Positions 21,634 to 35,700 of a stretch of 64,000 nucleotides of DNA are shown piece by piece. Source of the DNA: Oikopleura dioica (taxonomy: Eukaryota; Animalia; Chordata). The translations under genes were made by a program, and so were the position numbers. The stretch covers positions 14,322,001 to 14,386,000 of the forward strand of contig OU015567.1 of assembly GCA_907165135.1 (NCBI GenBank), read 5' to 3'. The notes beneath the pieces were generated by a model. That model made no database searches. It saw only the letters and a list, made by a program, of their open reading frames with translations, and was not told the origin of the DNA. Numbering within the stretch: the first letter of the stretch is position 1; the number at the start of each line of letters is the position of its first letter.

Positions 21634-22136
21634 ACAAATTCTAAAACATTATCGAACTCATAATCTCTTGATTTGGCTCGTGCAAGCAGTGAAGAAACTC
21701 TTGTTCATATTGACCAGAATATGGTCTTGAAGTTCTTTCAGAACCCTGATTCAGGCTATTGAGGGCAGCTGTTGAACCTATTTTTTCTAATGATTTCGTC
21801 TTCTTTGAGTGTGTCTTCTATCGAAAGGAAAGCAAGGTTGATAACCTACAGCACCTTTAGTAAACCTCGTTTGCACCGGTCCTCCACGCGCTAGTCTTCC
21901 AGCAAAAGCGCTGGGGTCCTCCGCGCGCCCACCCAAGCGCCTTTAGCAGAAAGAGGAATCGTCGAGAAAGGTCTTCGTTGAACACAAAAATCGCAGTTTC
22001 ATTCACTTTTCAAATAACTTGAATGTAAGAGAATATCAAATTATTATTTTATTTGCAGAGAAATTCGGTTCGAAAACTAAATTAAGTACATTTTTTATTG
22101 TTAAATTTATTAAAAATTATGGTTCGTTAATTTCAG

Positions 22137-24518
22137 ATGCCCGCGACTCGTTTTCTATCAGACGATTTCGGGCCGCCGTTGCCTCCAGCAGATTCGGACA
22201 GAAGAACGAGGAGAAAGTCGTCAGACAGTCGAGATGGACGAAATCGTAAGCACAGGAGGCGATCCTCGAGAAGCAGATCCTCATCACATGATCGTTCAAG
22301 CCGATCTAGTCGTCGGAGAAGATCGAGATCGTCTTCGAGAGACCGGCGAAGATCATCCGGAAGCAGCAGTAGAAGGATAGGTCCATTTTTCATCCTTTTC
22401 AACCCTTTCTGAACATCAAAAATGAACCAGAAAAAGACGCAACCGAGACAGCCGGTCTTCCTCTCGCGATCGTCATTCTCGTTCGCGCGAGTCTCGCGAC
22501 CGAGACACCCGAAATCGCCGAGAATCTCGAAAAAGAAGCGTTCCCAAAGAAAAAATCACGATCACCACTTCCGCAAATTCAAAAGACCTCGACATGCGTT
22601 CCGTAAATATGAAGCCAAATGCAGAGAGCACTCCTCGAATCAGCAAAACAAAACCAGTGGCTCTCAGTGATCCATTCGCTGATGAATCGTTTGACGCGTT
22701 TGACTCTTTTGGCGGCGGAAATCTCTCGAGGCAGAGAAAGGATTCAGACACGAGGAGGAAAAATAGAACGAATAACGATTCTGACACGAGGAAAATCGCA
22801 CTTTCCACGAATCCACTCGCGGGAGAATTCAAACCAGCGGAGAGAATGAGAAAGCCGCCAACAGAAGAAGTTGCCAATCTATCTGGTAAATAAAAATCTT
22901 TCTCATTCTAGAGATAAAGCAAACACCATCTGCAATCTGCGTAGAAAACCTAAGTCAGGCCCTAACTGTTAGGGTCATGAAATTCAAACAAATTTTCAAT
23001 TCTGGCAAAGCCCCTTCGCCGCCTCGTTTTTCTTATGAACCCGCTACGCGACTAAGGACGCTGACTCAGGCTTTATAGACAGGTTGCCGAGTGCATACAA
23101 TATTTTCTCAAAACCAGCTTCATATATTCTGAGAATCCCTTTTAATCTTGATCTCTGTTTAGCTCCGTCATTAACCCTTCTTTGCGACCCATATCCGAAA
23201 AAAGACACAGCTCAAGAAAGTGAACCGAAAGAAATTCCAATCACATCCGACTCATCTGTGGACTCCACTTCCTCGGCCAGCAGAACGACGCCGAAGGATG
23301 TTCCGAACATTGAACTGCCAAATACATTTGTTACCAACGATTACGATTCTGGAGAGGACGATTACGATCCAGCTAATTGTGCCTTTAGCGGTTAGTTTTC
23401 ATAAAAACTTCTTGTTTCATATTTTTCCAACTAGACCACGAGTCAGATGACAATCCAACAAATCCACTGGCGCGAGCGCTAAACGCTTTCAAAGAAGCAC
23501 CAACGTCAAATCGTTCTTCAAGCAGTAGCATGGTTATGAGCCCTGTAACTCCTCCAACAGAAGATGAGGTTTGGACCTTCTTCTACGTTCGAGGGCTTAC
23601 TTATTTCTTTCAGGGAAGTGGAGCGCTGAAAATAGATTCTGGATCAGTGACGGACATAAGCCCAAAGCCAATGAGTGACAGTGGAAGCCTTAAGCCACAG
23701 GTGAGTCCAGTTGAATTCAGTTCTTCAGTAACACGACTAATTCAGGCAGTAGTACCTCCTCAAAAGCCAGCGCCGCCGCCAATGCAATCGCTTCTGACCT
23801 CGCAGCTTTCGCAACCCTCCTCATCTCTATTCGCGCCACTTCAGATGCCTTCAAGACAGCCACCGCTAATGTCGCCGAGCGGAGGAATCACGAGATCAGA
23901 TTCGAAGGCAGGATTGCTCTCTGCTCTTCAGAACTCGTCTTCGATTGAAAATCAGCCTCTTCTCAATATTGTTCAAAATTTGTCAGAGATTAAAAATCAG
24001 GTAAGCCTCAAGTCTCTCCGGAAAACAGAAGAATTATCGATAAAATTCAGCTGAACTTGAACAAGTCTCTTCACGACATGATAGCCCAGCAAGATAAAGA
24101 AGACAAAAAGATGAAAAAGTCGAAGAAAACCAGTTCTGGCAGAGAAGTTTTCAAGGTACTTATTTCTGAGTTCGGCAACATCTACAATCCATTATAGAAA
24201 CGAAAAGATTTCCAACGCGCGGTGGTCAACTGCTCCAAAGAAAGTATAAAGCCGTAAGTAACTGAATTTTAATGCGATAATAGTTGATTTAAAACATGGT
24301 TTTTAGGTTTTATAAAAGCAGAAAAATCGACAAAGACCAGTACAAGAAGATTATGAAGGAGTGCGTGTCCAAAGTGAGTCGTTTTCTTCAACAGCAGCTT
24401 CGTTAATCCGTCAATTCAGATTGTGCATAGCTCAAAGAGCTATACTCTGGATAAAGCAAAAGTCGCACACACGATCGAGAAATATGTGAATAAGTACTCC
24501 AAGAAATCAAGGTTCTAG
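22137..24518 (+). CDS. RS-rich protein with C-terminal SRI-like domain (SCAF11/PHRF1/SCAF1 type), multi-exon
   Basis: Long RS/RD dipeptide N-terminus; C-terminal exons KESIKP|FYKSRKIDKDQYKKIMKECVSK|IVHSSK..KVAHTIEKYVNKY resemble the PHRF1/SCAF11 C-terminal CTD-binding domain. Confidence 0.75.
22930..23092. mobile_element. MITE family A copy in an intron of the RS gene
   Basis: gtagaaaacctaagtcagg ... ctgactcaggctttatagacaggttgccgag. Confidence 0.75.
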
Positions 24519-24991
24519 CGCCATCGAACCTTTCGAAGCCTCTGAAACTGCCACAAAAGCCCTCGCGAGAATCCTTTCCGGACGAAAATGATGATAAAAT
24601 ACACTTCTTATTTTAAAAATTATTCAAAACGCACTGTCATGTTACTGAAATGAGCCTTTATCTAATTCTTGCTTTTCAAAAACTTTCAACCATCTTCGAG
24701 GCGTCTATTTTCAGCTTTAGCTTCATTTATCTCTGCTTCAAAAAGAAAAAAAAATGAGCCACGATCCCGAAAAACTATGATTCTACGGCGATTATTAAGA
24801 GCAATCGTTGCTCTTCAAATTTGCTCTTCATTTTAAAATATACTTTCATAATTGAATTGAATATGTTTGACTAATGCAACTTAAATTATCGCATTTTTTA
24901 CGATATTACGTCAGAGTTCGTAACGAATTATGCTTGCAGCTAATTGCGCCTTGAGGCCTCAGGTTCTTTACGAACATGTCAATAACGATGA

Positions 24992-25225
24992 ATGTCGCAA
25001 TACCAAATAGAGAAGAAATATTATGTTTCAGAAATGTCAGAGATCCATGCACCTACCGCGGAGAGCTCCGATAAGGAGCAACTCAAGTGCATTCTCCCAG
25101 GCTGCGTGAATCCAGCTGTGCTGCGCGATCTCTACTGCTCGGGCGATTGTAACTTGAGTTTCATCACGCAACTCTTCAAGGCCCGCTATAACGGGAAGAA
25201 AAGGGACGAAACGTCTGCTTCATAG
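24992..25225 (+). CDS. Small protein with a DIDO1/PHF3-like Cys finger; 5' structure uncertain
   Basis: KCILPGCVNPAVLRDLYCSGDC resembles the C-x-x-PGC...YCS-x-DC motif of DIDO1. Confidence 0.45.
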   Translation: MSQYQIEKKYYVSEMSEIHAPTAESSDKEQLKCILPGCVNPAVLRDLYCSGDCNLSFITQLFKARYNGKKRDETSAS

Positions 25226-25661
25226 AAAATACAAAAAATATTATCCTTGTTAATTTCCAATTATATTATTTCATTTTTGCACTTCTATTTTTCTTGCTTT
25301 TTTACATGTCAAATTTCCGTACTAACTATTGAAAAAAACATTCTAACCCGCCAGTCTCGCTTTTTTTTACTGATATTTTTTGTGTTCCAAATAAATATGC
25401 CAAACAAACCCATATCGTCTCCCATATCGTCCTGCGTTACCTGCCAGACCTGAGCCCAGCTATTTTAAAAGATGGGCAAAAGCCTTTAGGGGTCCTTTAT
25501 CGAACCATAGCATGACGAAAGATTTCTTACGTCACGCCGCAATAGCGTGGCCCTGAAATTAATCTTCGCTGAATATTTCTAGATCTTTTCAAAACCCCCT
25601 AATCGATTCTTTCATCCGTGGAAAGAGCTTGAGCCAAGCCTTAAAACCGGATTTCAGATAA

Positions 25662-28256
25662 ATGCAATTTGAAGAAAACGAGAACTTTGAAATTGTCCTG
25701 CCACGAAAGAAGAAATCGAACTCAAAGAACATCAAACAAATCAATCTTGACGAGGTTAAAGTTCCTGTTAGAAAAAGTTCCAGTTTTCACGACGATGAAG
25801 GCATCGGTTCTGCTTCGCCAACATACGAGTCTGATGATCATCGTAATCCCTCAGGTTCGCAAGCACAGATAACGGGTCTTAAATCAACTTCAGCTCCAGT
25901 AACACAGCCAAAGAAAAAGTCAAAGCCTTCGAAAAAGAAGCAAGGAAAGAAAAACGCCAAGAAAAAGGCCAACAAAGCCAACAATTCAAAACCGAAGGAG
26001 ACCCCGAAAGAAGAAGAAAACCACTCTGAAGCGAACAACAACAATCATGAATCTTGCTCCGCAACAGCCAGGTATTTATAGCGGCTATTCTCAATCCATA
26101 TATACAAATGAACACGTGATTAACGGTTTCAAAAGCCCGGAAAGCGATGCTGAAGCCCCGTCGGAACATCGTAGAAGACGAAAGTCATCGAGATGCGATG
26201 GGGACGGAAACGAGGTGAGATAGAATATGTTTTATATGCCGTTTATTTTCTCGGATTCTTTGCCTAAAACTTGTATTTTCAGATTCGCCACCGTCGAATC
26301 AGCTGGGCTGAGGAGCTGGTCTTGGAGCCTTCTCGAGTGCGGACATGCTCTGAAGGGTCGATCCTGAACAAAGATGGCAATGACTGGTCAGTTGATCATT
26401 ACGTCTGCGACTGCGGATTTGCCGGATGCGATTGTGACGAAACTTCAGGAGCGATTCATCCTGAATGGACACCTAGAAACATTCAGGAAATGGTTTCATT
26501 TTGATATCGTTTTGCGGAGGTTCAATATATAAAAAAACTCCTTTTATGAACCATCTTGAAAGTGGAACTGCCGGTACCGCTCGTTGAGCTCAATGAAAAA
26601 GTCCGAGCTCAATTTCATTGAACAAAAGTTCTACTATTGTGACTCCCAACGGCATTTAAAACTCGGGACAGGTAAATCCGCCGAGTCAGGTAATTCAATT
26701 CATGTAGTTTTTTATCGTATGATTGTAGCATGTTTTACTTGTGTGTTTTCTTTCGTCCAGAGATAAAGAAGCGTTTTTTCAGGGACTTCGGTTTACTTCG
26801 CGCTGGGCGTAGATGGACAGGAACATGTGGCACGAAAGCTCAAGACGAAACAACTGCCGCAGCTCAAGCCAAGCCTCGTGAAAAACTTGCTCAAGATTCG
26901 ACACCCGAATCTGATCAAATATCAAGAGTTCATCATTCTCAAGGTGCCTATTACTTTTCCAATTCGAATCTAACAATGTATAGAACCAAACGTATGTGCT
27001 TCAAGAACTGGTTGACTTCTCTCTCGGCCGATGGCTAGAGAACAAGACAATCTGCCAGCCGCTCGACAAACTCAACCTCTGCCACCAACTCGTTGCCGGG
27101 ATTCAGTATCTTCACGAAAATGTAACCCTAAATTTTATCCCCCCGTACTTAAAACTTCTACTTTAGAACATTGCACACAAAGATTTGAGACCGGTAAACG
27201 TTTTGCTCAATCAAAGTGGCAGACTTATAGTTACCAACTTCGGCATTGTGCCCCATATTGCACCAAACAAGGTACTGATAGAATCTTTGGGAAATAGACT
27301 AGCGAGGTTTAGGGAAAAACGACTGACCAAAGACTGGACGAATTAAGAACGAGTAGTGCCGAATGTTGGAGAGCCTCCGAGACGATATGGCAGATAACCG
27401 AGGACTTTCAAATTGAATCAGGTAAGAAATCATGGAAGAGAGTCTGAATCAATCAATTTTAAGATATCCCGCCTCTTGGAATGATGATTTACACAATTTT
27501 AACCGATGGCCAGCATCCTTATGGATTGTCTGGGAGAAGAGAGTCCGTAAAACTTTGCATCAAGGTAAAAAAAACAACCAAAAACTTCAGTTCAAAAACT
27601 CGTCTTCAGAACATGATGACGCCAAGATACTGCCTAAACTTGCTGAACGGAAATGTTTTCGCCAAAGAACTCGTGCGTAAAATGCTGCAGAAGGACCCGA
27701 AGTCGCGAATTACGGCTACAGATGCGTTCAAGGACTCGCTTTTCTGGACGAGACAACAAAAGCTCGAGCACATTGAACACATCCTAACAGGACCGAAGTC
27801 GAGTGCTCTTGAAAACCAGGTACAATTTTAGGGTCAACATAATGTCGAATTTTTTAAGCTTTTTTTCAAGCTTGAAAACGGTTTCAAAGATGTAAGTTGT
27901 CTTTGATGCAGTGGCAAAACTGACCAACATTGAAAGTTGTTTGAAAAGCCCACTAACAACACTATGAACCCTGCCCTTTTATTAATTCTCATGCTCGTTT
28001 TCAGAGTTCCCGTTGCTTCATTCCAATCTGCGGGCATTTCGGGAACCTTCCCGCCATCCTATCATCCGCCCACGACGCCGACACCGGCCACGAAGCTCTC
28101 GACAACCTAGCTACCGCTTTCGCAGAGATTTCGCCTATCGACTCACCAAATCACAGAGAGCACTTTCTCGAGGGAATCCTCGAATCTCTCCCTCAACTCG
28201 TCCCACTCACCCAGCAGCATGCGAAGATCGAGATCGAATGCGCACTTGAGGTTTAA
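25662..28256 (+). CDS. IRE1/RNase L-like (pseudo)kinase with K-rich N-terminus and degenerate KEN-like tail; 3' splicing uncertain
   Basis: Exons read KLGTG|SGTSVYFALGVDGQEHVARK, LCHQLVAGIQYLHEN, IAHKDLRPVNVLL..VTNFG, CWRASE, DIPPLGMMIYTILTDGQHPYG, AKELVRKMLQKDPKSRITATDAFKDSLFWTRQQKL, an IRE1-family signature. Confidence 0.7.
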
Positions 28257-29377
28257 TTTTCAATAGATGAGTAAGAGATTCATCAGTGCCCTTTTAGATC
28301 GGAGAAGTGGATTACGAATCATCCGAGTAAAGAGCCGACTGTCCTTCTTGCTGAAAGATTATTTCCGATTTTCACAATTGCCGAAAACAAATCAACTGAA
28401 ACAAAACAACTATTATTATTTATTCTCCTCGTCCCACTGAGATCCATCGCTAGAACGCTAGGATGCTTTTGGCGTGTGTTTAGACACCTTCTTCAGATTA
28501 ACCTAACTTTACAGTACCGCTGCTTGATTTAGGGTAGTTTTAGAAACAACAATCGACCAGTAAACTCGCGGTACTGACGCTGCTTTTTAACTTTTTTGTT
28601 CCTTGTAAGGTTCGCTTTTCTATTAAAATTGTGCTTAAGTTTGAAAGTTTTCTTTTCCGAAAGAAATCTAAAAGTACTTTTAAATGAAAAAGAAAATGGT
28701 ACGATCGTCTGGTATGATCTGCCGCTGCTAAATATTTCAGAAGAAATATTTTCCTAACTACGCTTGCTTTAAAAAACTCGAAATTCGACTGACAAAAATG
28801 AAATTAGGCATGATTTTAAAAGATTAAATCATCAGCTCATCTCTCGGTGGCGTTCCCTGAATTTGCGTTAGCGTGACAGTTATTACTATTATTGCCGTAT
28901 TACTGACATTAAAATGAGTATTATTCTAATCGCGAACCTTGAGGGTTCATTTTCACCTTGCACTCATAAAAAAACTTCTCTTTCAACATGTGTCTTTCAA
29001 AAAAAGAAAACTTATTCTTTGTTCAATATCATGGAATATATTCGAAAAAAAAGAATGACGCATTTGGCTGAAGAGTTGAAACTTTCAACTGGAAGCTTTT
29101 TTCAGGTTGTTTGCAGATTATTCTTACATAAAGAGTGGCTTGTTAAAAATATCTAACATGGCAAGAGTTGGAAATTTATTGAGCAAGTACTGTACAAGAA
29201 CTGTAAGAGCAAAAGTCTGAGCAAACAAACACAGTAACCACAAAACAAATGAAGTCTGATCTATAAAAGCCGTCCGATTTGAGAATTTGAGTACCAGTGG
29301 TATTCGAATGATGATGAGATCAATTTTTCTTTGTTAGTATTCCTCGATTGTTTTCATACCTGAGGGTATCATTAGGC

Positions 29378-29525
29378 TTATTAGATCAGGTTGGAACATT
29401 CGGCTGGGCAAATTGGTCGGCGCGAGGCTCATATTTTGGGTAAAAAAACAAAATTTCTTGGCATCGACGGGCAATCGGCCGGCCTGACTCAAAATTTTTG
29501 CTCGAATGTTCCACCCTGATAAGAC
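29378..29525. mobile_element. Small inverted-repeat element
   Basis: atcaggttggaacattcgg..aaatt / aatttttgctcgaatgttccaccctgat. Confidence 0.5.
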
Positions 29526-30013
29526 AAAAATTCGGGTCATTTTTCTAGCTTAGTTTATGTGTCCTTTGACATAAATTTGGATAGCCCAAGACCTGAGCTA
29601 ACATTTGAACACCATAACGAGGGGTATGGGTTATTCCCGGAAACCAAATTACTAGACCGAAAGTTCCGAAATCGGCACAAGAACTGTTCAATCAAATTTT
29701 TGGTCGCATTTATAGCTCGTGATTAGGTGCGTTGGAAAGCTCTGCGTCTGAGCTTTCTAAAAAGCCAATGAAATAACGCTGTCCTTCCATCTAGTGGCCG
29801 CTAGATCATACCAGTATAGATAAATTTACAGTTTTTCTAGTTTTTTGCATGGCTTGCGTCGTTCACTCGTTTATCTGTCCAACCGGCGGGCATGACTCAT
29901 ATAATATGAGTCATATTACTCAAATTGTGGAAAATATTGGCCCAGTAATCCTACGTGGGTATCATAGTTTAATGCCAAAGTCTTCAATTTATTATATGAA
30001 AAGTTTTTACTTA

Positions 30014-31481
30014 CAGTGAAACCCCAACTTAAGGCCGAGCAACTTAAGGCCACTTTTTGAAAAATCCTCGAAATCTGTCATCCGAAAAAAATCCAACTTA
30101 AGGACCCCCCCATCAAGATGAAAAAAGTCAAAATTTTCAAATTTTTTTTGCTTTTTTGGGTAGTTTAGACCACGAGGAACAACTTTTATTCAGAAAATTT
30201 TTTTGATCTTATAGAAAATTTTGGCAGAAATTGAGTTCAAAAATTGAAGATTAACATTTTACATTTCATAAAAATCTTGAGTTCGCTATTTTTTAATGGT
30301 AATTAAGGGTGTACCAACCATAAAAACTATTTATATCATAAACACGAGTATAAAAACGTAATTCATGGCAATTTAGGCAATAATTACTGAAAGTTTAAAT
30401 CTGGAAATTCGACTTAGATTCGACTTATAAAATTTTATAGGGGCTGTCCTCCTTAAGTTCGTAGACAAAAAACTCTCAAAAAGCAAACGGTCGTAGCTAA
30501 GGGCCTTAACTTTACCATAAAAAAAAATTGAGGGTATACCCCAACGAAAACCCCAAAAAAAAACGTTCACTAAGCAACTTTACCTTTAACGGCCTGTATA
30601 ACCTTAAATTTGGCATCGAGAGATCATCTTAAGGGGAACGGTTGCAGTAGAGGGTTTGATCTAAAGGATGCAATTAAAATTAAGGGTCTAGCTAAGATAG
30701 TTTTGGAGAAAAACTTTCACTAAGATGCCCTATTTTCGCGATTCTTGATGGGGGGGGTCCTTAAGGCCACTTTTTTTGCAATTTTTATTCACAGTGAGTA
30801 AATTGCAGATCCACTGCAGAAAAAACTCGTAATTTTCGGCTGCTTCTTTGGCGATTTGAAGTCGATGGCTTTTCGGCGTCGGCATCTTCTCTCACTTAAA
30901 CTTGTGGTACTTCTTCAACCTCCATCGGAGTTGCAGCTCGTATTTCATCAATTTGATGCGCCAAGAAGTGCTGAGACATTTGAAACCTTCGTTTCGAATC
31001 GAAACTTTCGATTAAGAATCCAAGATTTTGAACCGCTGATCATAGAGTCGAGAAAATGTCCGCGTCGGAATGTCTTTTCCATCATGTTTCTTTCGAAATA
31101 GCCCATTGATAATCTTCTTTGCATCACTCTTCTTCGGCTTCACTAGAATCTCTGCATATCTTTTTTTCTCGGCAAATGTCATGTGGATTCTCTTTTCTTC
31201 TTGCGACATGTTTGCACCAAATTAATTTTTAAGAGAATGAAAAAATAACCGAAGGTTTGATTTTAATGGCGCATTCAGTTTTTACAATTCATACTTGGTT
31301 CGTGCGGGAAATTTCTGATAAGGCCATTCGCCTTTCATTTTTGATTCCCATGATTCAGTCCCTTACTCCAGAAATAGAAAAATTTTAGCGTCATCCAACT
31401 TAGTCGGAGAATCAGCCAACTTAAGGCCACTTTTCAAATTAGCTGTCATCCAAAAAATGGCCTTAAGTTGGGGTTTTCCTG
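30014..31481 (-). mobile_element. Pogo/Tigger-like DNA transposon relic with truncated transposase N-terminus (ORF 31012-31209)
   Basis: TA|cagtgaaaccccaacttaaggcc ... ggccttaagttggggttttcctg TIRs; ORF KRIHMTFAEKKRYAEIL..IPTRTFSRLYDQRFKIL resembles a CENP-B/psq HTH; stops downstream. Confidence 0.7.
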
Positions 31482-31989
31482 TTTAAAATTTCATGAATAA
31501 TTTATATTGTAAATTATATACCCCAGAACTTCAGCGGTTGCCGATGGACGAATGCGAAGTCTAGTTTTAATTATGGTGATTGCAGCGTCCCAGATAGTCT
31601 TCGAAACTCCTTCACGAATGGATATAGCCGTCTGTTTGATAAGGCGTGGTAATTATTGTATTTAGTAAAAAGATGAACTAAATTTCTCGATATGAAGTAA
31701 AGTCCATGACGCATGTTTAGGTAAACTTGATGAAAAATGAGCTCATTTTTGAGCCTTCAATATAGAGAGTATAATACAGTCTTAGAATCCCTAGAAGCTG
31801 GGGATAATTTTGACTATGAATACTTGGGGGTTTCGCTCATGCCCTAAGGCGTTTTATGCCTCCCAGAGTCAAAAAAATGGGCGATCTCAGTTAAATGGGC
31901 ATAACTTTTCTTCTCCCCACTTTTCTGATGATGCCCAGCATCTCAACTTGTAGCGGAGGCTCTGACGATTCAAAATCTGTGTAGAAAAC

Positions 31990-32393
31990 TACCGGACACC
32001 CCCCATTTTAGGGCCCCTAGAACCTCTAGAAGTTAGTGAAGTCCACCGAAAATCGGTACTTTTCAACTGAAATGTGGTAAAAGGTGTAAATTTTTGTCCG
32101 AAATCGATCATTCTCGATATCATCGAGTTTCCTATGTCCAAAATATAGTTACAGGGCATCGAAGGTCACTTCAAGTCAAATTATGTTCTAAAAAAATTTC
32201 GTAAAAACTCACCCGAGGTACTCCAAAAATGACCCTAAATATATTTTTGAGGTCACATAAACGATTGTATTATTCCTAGATTGTTTTCGTTCAGAAATAT
32301 ACGTGTTTTACCATATTTATGTAAAAATTACCGATTTTCGGTGGACTTCCCTAATTTCTAGAGGTTCTAGGGGCCCTAGAATGGGGGGTGTCC
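31990..32393. mobile_element. Foldback MITE
   Basis: ggacaccccccattttagggcccctagaacctctagaa..gaagtccaccgaaaatcggta mirrored at 32329-32393. Confidence 0.8.
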
Positions 32394-32760
32394 GAAAAAA
32401 TTCGTCGATAAGATATTGCGCTGCCGTTTAGAATTCATGAAACTGCACCGGCGATAAGATTCCGTTCTGATTACCCATTTTTTTAGAAAACTTACAACTG
32501 GCCCCTGCAAGATGCAACCAATCCAGAAAGACACTTGATAACTTTTAGATATTACGGTTGTTTCCGTTGAGCATTATTTTTCTTTTTGAAAAAGAGAACA
32601 GTGATAAAAAATTCTGGAAGGGATGAGGGTTTAAACAGGTGACGGGGAAATGAGAACAGATCAAAAATACCGAACTAAATAGCAATGAGAGAAAAGCGAA
32701 ATAAGTAGAAAAAATTGAAAGAGACCCTACAAGTCGACATAATTAGACTTTCCTTTGAAA

Positions 32761-35700
32761 CTACGTTCTTTCGCGATAAACAGCATGAATTGTTGATCCA
32801 CGGTCAATTTTTGCATAGGATAGAATAGTACTATCATCAAGAACTCTTCCACACCAAATCAGCTGAATAAAACCGGTTCTTTTTCTCGATTCTTCTCTGA
32901 TTCGGTTTTTGAGAGTAAGAACAGTGTCGGTCAATTCGATTTTCTCGCCGATTTTTAATTCGATTTTTTCCCCATCAACAAATTTTACAGATAGAAAGAT
33001 AGATTCTTCTCTCTTTAGAATAAGCCAAATTTCAGAATCTTCTTCAATTTTCGCATCCAGTAAAGATAAAGTATCAGGAAGATATATCCCATTATAAATC
33101 AGCGTTTGCCCAGCAGGTGGTATTCCTTCTATTTCCTCGACAAGTTTTTTTAGAGTGTGCACGGCGTCAGTTAATTTTATTTCCTTATCCAATTGAAATC
33201 TAATGATTTTCCCATTAATCTGCTTTAAATATATTTCTGGTCTTGACAAAAGGTTCAGTCGTTTTTCTGAAGGAATTTTCATAAAAATCTGATTTTTTTA
33301 AATCGAAAATACAGAACAATTTCCTGATAGATAAATGAATGACAGATCCATCTTTGATTGCATATTTGGACAAACTAGCATCACGACAGAGCGACTTTCC
33401 ACCAAAAATCAGCAATTGATCACAAGTATTAATTCCTGTTCTTTCGTTGATCTTCTCTTTAAGAAAAGAAATGCTGTTTGACATTTTGATTGCAATTGCA
33501 AACTCCAAGCCCGAGACAATTCGAATTCTAACTGTGTCTTTTCCATCTTTCATATCAGTTCGCTAGTTTTTTAAATAATGCGAGCTAAACCGCGTGAGAC
33601 GAATCCCCGCGTATGAGCGCGGGACGAATTGATCATTTTGATGTCGTTTTAGCGAAAACTGGAATAAATCGCGACTGGCTTATCCGAATGTCGCAAAATT
33701 TACAGACAATACTAATTCGCATAAGAGCTTTCATAATATTGAGTCAAATTTTTGATTAAATTTTATAGACATGCTCAAATTCAATTTTTCTTCCGCTAAA
33801 AAGGGTTTAACTTTTCAAAAGAGCGCTGGTGGTGCGCGATAATTCGCTGAAATATTCAAGAGCAAGGGAATAAGGCAGTGCAAAGGTGCATTGAAATTTT
33901 CAGATTAATAGGATAAGAAGTTTTCGAAATAGACCCCTACAAAGTCTTAAGGGTACTATCTTCGATTTCTCCAACTTGAGCCTTGAATAACTCGGAACTT
34001 GTAAATGATTGCTGAGTCCATATGGGCTCATTCAATAGACCTGTCCTAGATCTTAACTATTACAGAGGGGTTTATTAATTGCTTGACAGAAAAGCGGCTA
34101 AATGTTGGCTTGAAGTGGTCATCTTCGCCAAAATGGCCTACATAAACGGTTGAATAACTCAAAAACGAGTCCGAAAACTTGGCCTTATTATATTTTTTAT
34201 ATTTAATTTGAACCTTAATCTTTAAAATTACAGAAGGAATTTTTAATTGAAAAACTTAAAATACCGAAAATTATTTTTGAAAATTGTGTCTCGCAGATTT
34301 CGCGAAAATTGAGCATTTTTTAAAATTTTCTGGAAATCGAAGATAGTACCCTTAAACGACATCAAAATGATCAATTCGTCCCACGCGGTTAAGAATTTTA
34401 CCTTTATCATCGCTTTCATAATTTTTTTGCATATTTTATTTTCGAGCATTAACTCCTTATTTTGATTTTGTAACTCTTCATTTGAATCGTCTTTTTGAAA
34501 ATTATCTACTCTGCGCTTCTGAGCTTCTTCATCTGCGTTTGGAAACGGGCAAGGGACAATTCTTGCTGGTTGTTCACCATTTTCAATACGCCTCAAGAAA
34601 TCCCCAAAAATAGCTTCATAACGAAGGTCAATAGCATTTCTGAAGCGGCTTTTGCGATCAAGATGAGTGCATTTAGCAATAAGATTCTCAAGCTCCTCAT
34701 ATTCGTCACTTTCCCCAAAGATTTCAAATAGAGAAACGCGGTTTCCAATTTGTATATTCGTCTCTATTCTCGTTTTTTTAATAATTTAAGTAAGTTAATC
34801 ACTAACGAATTTGTGTCATCAAAGCTGGTCGACCATTAACACGGCCAAAAGCATGCTCCAGAGTCGCCAATTCCTATTAAGGAGCATTTTCTTCTAGAGA
34901 TTTTTCTTAAAAAAGCAAACCTGCAATATAAGTCCAAAACCCCACACATCCATTCTCGGTGATTTTTTTACATCTTCGTCTGTGTAGAATTCTAAAAATA
35001 AAAGTCAAATCGATAAGCGCTATAAGATATAGACTATATCGTCGAGAAGTGCTCACCAGGGGCAGCGTAAAGAGGCGTGCTTCTAATGGCATCTGGAGAT
35101 GTTGATGTTAAAGATTGTTTCACTGATTTGATTGAGAGTGCACTCCCAAAATCGCCGATTTTTATCTTTGCGCACGTAAGTTTAAGGCCAAGATGATATT
35201 TACTTACTGTTAGGAAATCGGCTAGAAGAAAAATATTTGCAGGCTTCAAATCAAGGTGAAGCTTTTTCTTATGGTGACAATAGCTTAGTCCGGAAATAAT
35301 TTGGGCACCCAAGAGTTTCACTTCTTCTTTCGTAGGCATTCGCCCAGCAAGTCTTATCTTATTTATCCAATTTTCTAAATTACCGCCAGCACAGTTTTCC
35401 ATGATAATAAAACTCATTTTTCCAAATGCCCATTTGAAAGATTGTTGATCGAGAAAGTCGACGAACCGAACAATGTTAGCATGATCTGAATTTTACGAGA
35501 ATACATAGTTAGAAAATATCCGTACTGAGCTCCTGAAGAGTTGAAGCTTCTTGTCTCGTGGTGTTTGCATGGTCCGGGCCTCGCAGAAGAATTGCTTTGA
35601 CGATGACTGTCTCTCTTGTTACTTTATCAAATGCTTCCGTCACTCCTTGGTTAGACTCAAATTGAGTCTCGTCGATGTTCGCATATCTGCCATCTTTCTT

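Noticed and set aside
21042-21637. Long antisense and alternative-frame ORFs over H1 (also over H2B and H4)
   Set aside because: Shadows of the strongly biased histone codon usage; no independent signals.
34243-34400. C-terminal tail of the ORF 34243-34596
   Set aside because: Reads through the splice donor at 34401 into the piggyBac-like TIR; not real coding sequence.
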